Source: Epithemia pelagica
Lineage: Eukaryota; Protista; Bacillariophyta
DNA: 64,000 bases
Direction: 5' to 3'
Assembly (NCBI GenBank): GCA_946965045.2
Contig: OX337228.1
Span: 3,224,001 to 3,288,000, forward strand
Both the position numbers and the translations under genes were made by a program. The notes beneath the pieces were generated by a model that searched no databases, was not told where the DNA came from, and saw nothing but the letters and a program-made list of their open reading frames with translations. Shown here piece after piece: positions 59,201 to 64,000 of this stretch. How positions within the stretch are numbered: the stretch's first letter is position 1; each line of letters starts with the position of its first letter.

Positions 59201-61248
59201 TACATGTTCCCTTTATCCCTGTTGCTCTGTCTTTTCACGACATCTGCTACGATGTCAGTTCGTCAAAGGGAAACCAAACACTTCGTTTGCTTCATTCTAT
59301 CAACGGTCTTTTTCAGCCTGGTAGAATGTGTGCTCTCATGGGGACTTCAGGTGCTGGGTGAGTTTCGTCTGGATTCGATCGCGTCGTGAATAACACATTT
59401 TTCATGGTTATGTGGGCGACAAATGGTGTTGTATTTGTGTTTCTCATTTATTTTACTTGATTCAGGAAGACAACGCTTATGGATGTAAGTAGTCGATGGG
59501 AACGGAGAGATTCGTATTCATTCATGTCCGTCCTTAATATTTTTCGTCTTGCTCAGGTCATAGCAATGAGAAAACGAACAGGAGAGGTAACTGGTGATGT
59601 TCGCCTGAATGGTTGGCCTCAAGACGCGATTTCGTTTCGTTTATGTTCTGGATACGTTGAGCAGTTTGACGTTCAGAGCCCAGAACTCACGGTACGCGAA
59701 ACCGTTCTCTTCTCTGCAAGACTCAGACTTGAAGAGAATCTTGTCGGAGATGAAGAACAAATCCATGCATTCGTGGACCAGATTTTGGAATCGGTCGGTT
59801 TGGCTTCAATCGAACATGCACTAGTTGGAACCGATGATGGAGTTGGGCTGTCGTTTGAGCAGAAAAAGTTGCTCTCAATAGCAGTGGAATTGGCGGCTTC
59901 CCCCAGTGTGATATTTCTGGATGAGCCTACAAGTGGTTTGGATAGTCGATCAGCCTTGATCGTGATGAGGACTCTCCGAGTTATTGCTGACCAGGAACGG
60001 ACGATCATAGCCACAATTCATCAGCCGTCTTCAACAGTTTTTGAAATGTTTGATGACTTGTTGCTGTTGAAAAAAGGTGGTCATGTGGTGTATCACGGTG
60101 AACTTGGAAACTCCAGTTCGACAATGGTGAAGTACTTCCATTCTCTCGGTGCTCCACGGATTGCTTTTGGAGAGAACCCAGCAAATTGGATGCTGAACGT
60201 GATGAATCTCGAAAAGTTTCATGATATTGATGAACGCTGGTCGGAAAGTGAAGAATTTGGAGCAGTCAAACGCCGATTGGCTGATATATACACAAATCGT
60301 CCGGATCCTGATCAAAAAATTGAGTACGAATCTGAATTTGCAGCTTCCCGGAGAAAGCGACAAGATTTAGTTACTTCAAGGCTCAGACTAATCTACTGGC
60401 GGTCGCCGACCTACAATTTGGCCCGATTAACTGTGTCTGCCGCGATTGCCTTTGTTTTGGGGTCTGTTTTCATACTCAAGCGGAGACAAACGGTATATTC
60501 GGAGACTGACATGAGAGCAAGGTTTTCGGTCATTTTCTTGAGTTTCATCATTACCGGTATCATGGCTATCCTCAGTACCCTGCCAGTCATGACAAAAATT
60601 CGTGATATGTACTATCGCCATCATGCCGCAGGAATGTACGACAGTTTGTCACTGGGATGGGCGCTGGGATCTGCGGAAAAGATCTTCATCGTCATGTCTT
60701 GTCTGATATTTGTGGTTGTGTTCCAGGCGACGGCTAGCATGAATAACTCATTCTACCGTGGAATGGTGGGCTTCTGGGGTTTCTTTACCTTCAACTTTGC
60801 CATTTATTCATACTTCGGACAAGCCTTTGTTGCACTAGTGAAACCTGCCGCCACAGCGATCATTCTATCAAGTGTGTTCATTGGTTTGAACAACTTCTTT
60901 GCTGGCTTGATTGTGCGTCCGCAGCTCATGGTGGGGGGGTTCTATGCTCTGCCTTATTACATATGCCCGGGGCACTACGTGTACGAAGGACTCATTGTCA
61001 CCCTTTACAGAAGAGATGACAGCAGCATCGTCGTTGCCGATGAAGGAAGTGAATTCTTTGACAGTAGAAACTGCACCGCAGGTCAAACAGAACCATGTGA
61101 GGGAACGATCTCCGATTTCATCCATGCTTTTTTTGGTGGAGAGTTTGATGAATCACATATTGCCCGAAATGCCGGTATTCTGGGTGTGATTCTTGTCATC
61201 ACCAGGGTCACGACGTGGGCAGCTCTTCACTACATTAAGTATGCTTGA
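56231..61248 (+). CDS. Full-size ABCG/PDR transporter; introns 58274-58351, 58824-58888, 59358-59465, 59485-59556
   Basis: Two NBDs (GPPQSGKT, ISGGQRRR, LCGDEISTGLD; GTSGAGKTT, CSGYVEQFD, LSFEQKK, LDEPTSGLD), each followed by a TM domain. Confidence 0.95.
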
Positions 61249-61363
61249 TGAAATAGGCCTCCACTGGAGTGCCAGTCAACGACCCTAACCCACTTGTCTA
61301 ATACATTAGTATCAAGAATCAAGAGCCATTCGTGATAGGGAAAGGGAAGAGTTTAACCCGCTT

Positions 61364-62302
61364 TTAGCTTTTCTCGGCCGTTTCAACCCTCTGAAGAAGC
61401 TCCTTGCAGTATTCGGCTTGAACCTGCTGGTTCATGCTTCCCGTTTCTAGAGAAAGAATTACTGTTTCCATTGTACGTTGCAAAAGCTTTCGAACATCTG
61501 CGACCGTCTCTTTGGGCTGCGAGCTAAGCATACTGTCCCAGTCTGACTCGTCAGCGTCAAGCAGCTGGAAAAGCTCTGCCTTCCCCGCTGTTCCTTCAGA
61601 ACTTGATTCAGATTGCTGACTTTCGATTGCTCTCTGAACGGACAAACCGGCAAACATTTGAAGTACCTTCTGTAGGATCCCAACCATACCATCCATTCCG
61701 TCTTGATGAGACTTGACAATCCAAGCATCGAGTGTCACTAAGAATCCCTCATCAAGATCGGCTTCTGACAGATTGCTCAAAGCTTGCCGCATGGCAGTGA
61801 TACGTTCTGTGGCAAGAGGAACTAAAAACTCTCCTGAATCGGGTTCGGCAGCAGTTTTAACGACGGACTCGACGGATCGAGCTCTTTCATCAAGCTGTTC
61901 GGCAGTGGTCTCAACCACAGCTTCTAATGTCGTAACAAGGTTGGAAGCCAGGACTTCAAATCGTTGGCGCGCTTCGTCGTCTTTTGCCTGATCGGCTCGT
62001 TCGGCAATCCGCAAAAAGAACTGAGGACTTCGGATCACTTGAAAGGCGCGCTTTACGGCAGAGGGCAAGTCGTAGGGTTTCGCATCCACCAATTTATCAA
62101 TCATTTCGTCCATTAATGCCATCTCCTGTGCAGTGGGCATGCGTTGATTGCCTTCCAAACGTGACGATGAGCCCGCGAGCACAACTGAGCTCGTGGCTTC
62201 ACGATGCCTTCTGTAGTTTGATGGGAAAACGGAGAAGCTTGATCCACCCCAGATGGCGACGAAAAAGGTCACCATCGTTAAAAGAAAGATAATTGTCGTC
62301 AT
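61364..62302 (-). CDS. Hypothetical plastid-targeted helical protein
   Basis: Signal peptide + SSF motif; 312-aa ORF. Confidence 0.6.
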   Translation of the reverse strand: MTTIIFLLTMVTFFVAIWGGSSFSVFPSNYRRHREATSSVVLAGSSSRLEGNQRMPTAQEMALMDEMIDKLVDAKPYDLPSAVKRAFQVIRSPQFFLRIAERADQAKDDEARQRFEVLASNLVTTLEAVVETTAEQLDERARSVESVVKTAAEPDSGEFLVPLATERITAMRQALSNLSEADLDEGFLVTLDAWIVKSHQDGMDGMVGILQKVLQMFAGLSVQRAIESQQSESSSEGTAGKAELFQLLDADESDWDSMLSSQPKETVADVRKLLQRTMETVILSLETGSMNQQVQAEYCKELLQRVETAEKS

Positions 62303-62744
62303 TTTGCTTTGATTAGCCAGAGATCAAAAACAGTTCTAGTAATACTTTGTATTGTAAGAATGGCTCATTCATCGCATTACAATCACAAAAAACGAGAAAA
62401 CGATATTCACGTCCATTCATCTCGAAGTGGAGCCGGCCTTCCAATCGAACACGTACGCGTTTCTGGTCGCACGTACGTTAGCCACCATTATTCGCAGAAG
62501 AGACGCGCAATCCCAAAAGTCATCGTCCGACGACCACAGCACCGAGACCTTTTTATTCCCATTCTTACTCCGTTGTTTTTTGGACGAAGGCAATCGGCCG
62601 TGTTCCTTATCGGAATCTTCTCTTTACGATTTGGTCTCACGTATTCTTGATCTGATTGAAACAATCCTGTGTTGAGGGGAACCACAAGAACTATTGATCA
62701 CTCTTCCAGAATTTGTCATTGTCCATCGCAAGACTAACAACAAC

Positions 62745-63951
62745 ATGAGCGGGAACTTACGCGACGACGGAAATATCACTGCCGCTGGTCTCGGACAGCG
62801 CTGCATACCGACAAAAGAAAAAAACCAACAGTTCAAAAAGATTCGAGCCGTTCCAGCGAACCAAGTTTGTTTCGATTGTCCTGCCTTACGACCCACATGG
62901 GCCTCCGTTACGTATGGTACGTCGCAGTGTTGTCACAATATTCATGGGCATTTTCTCGAAAGAGAGGGGCCGCTCACGGTTGAAAACTCCTTGTCCTCCA
63001 TTTGTAGGTGTCCTTCTATGCTTGGATTGCTCCGCAACGCACCGATCCATGGGAGTTCATACCACTTTTGTTCGAAGTGTTGATCTGGATGAGTGGACGC
63101 AGCGACAAATTGATGCTATGCGTTTGGGTGGAAATGACAATGCCAGACAGTATTTTCGGAAACATGGCCAAACAGATATGCATGGAAAGATTGAGAAAAA
63201 GTATACCAGTAAGATTGCCAAAGCGTACAAAGCAGAGCTCCTTAGCTTGGTAAGCGGTGAAGCAAGCAAGAGAGGGGAAGCGGGCGCGACCACACAAACG
63301 ACCACAGAAGCGACACCCAATCTCTTGCTCAGCAATCTAGAAATTTCTTCTCAGGCAGAGCAAGATGCTTTGGCTCGGGAAAAGATTGCCCAGGCCCGTG
63401 CGGCACACGCCCAGCCGGTGCAAGCTTCAGCCAAAATGGCGTCACAGCTACCTGGTGCCTCGAAATTGGTCACTAGTACGATCGGAAATGGTGCCACGAA
63501 CAAATCGGGGCAGAGCACGAATGGGAATTCTGCAAGTACTACTTCTTCATCTGCGCCAATGTTGCGCAAACCAGCATCGTCAGCTGGAAGTACCAAACTC
63601 TTTTTGAAAAAGAAGCCTTCGGGCACTTTGGGATCCAGCAAACTACGAGTGAATAAACTTGTCACTCCTGCGGCCAACAATACAGTGTCTGGACTTGACG
63701 CAACCTCTGACTTTGACGATTTCGGGACCTCCGACACGCAACAACAAGAAGAAGAAGCAGCAGCAGTCGAAGAGGCAAAGAAGAAGAAAGCCCAAGAGGA
63801 AGAAGCTGCTCGGGCTGAACTTCAGCGACAACAAGAAGCAGCGGCTTCTGCAGTTTCTGCCGCTGCAGAAAAACAACCTGCTCCCTCGTCAATGGAGCAG
63901 GGCGTTGCGAAACTGAAGGCCATGAACTGTGACTTTTTCGCAAATATGTAG
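62745..63951 (+). CDS. ArfGAP (Glo3/ARFGAP2-3-like); intron 62917-63007
   Basis: [49 protein letters not shown] (CxxC-CxxC-R ArfGAP zinc finger). Confidence 0.9.
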
Positions 63952-64000
63952 AGTTACTTTGTTTGTACAGAATGATGTCATCCCTTCTTGAAAGTAGAGA

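Overview
Gene-dense eukaryotic nuclear DNA with short GT-AG introns (about 65-112 nt), bipartite signal/transit peptides (ASAFAP-like) and a plastid-type SLC4 transporter. These features point to a diatom (inference). About 27 protein-coding genes can be supported, including an RRM protein, SUZ12-like, ZIP, FIS1, SF3B1, a ubiquitin-like-eL41 fusion, PPIL3, RPC9, a CPA2 antiporter, VPS54, SLC4, PRP8, CSE1, an ABCG/PDR transporter and ArfGAP, plus one tRNA-Lys(CTT). Three accessory zones hold the most interesting DNA. (1) At 46.4-49.4 kb, an intact intronless tyrosine-recombinase + GCR1_C (Crypton-type) ORF is flanked by a 6 x 42-bp tandem array and a pair of 14-bp direct repeats. (2) At 53.1-56.1 kb, a tandem dimer of a ~795-bp non-coding unit has asymmetric inverted repeats and a ~104-nt hairpin whose only paired mismatches are tandem GA/AG; one copy is interrupted by a 1.38-kb element with 92-bp TIRs. 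(3) At 28.57-28.82 kb, a 254-bp MITE-like element carries 18-bp palindromes. All coordinates and splice junctions were read by eye, and no database searches were run.
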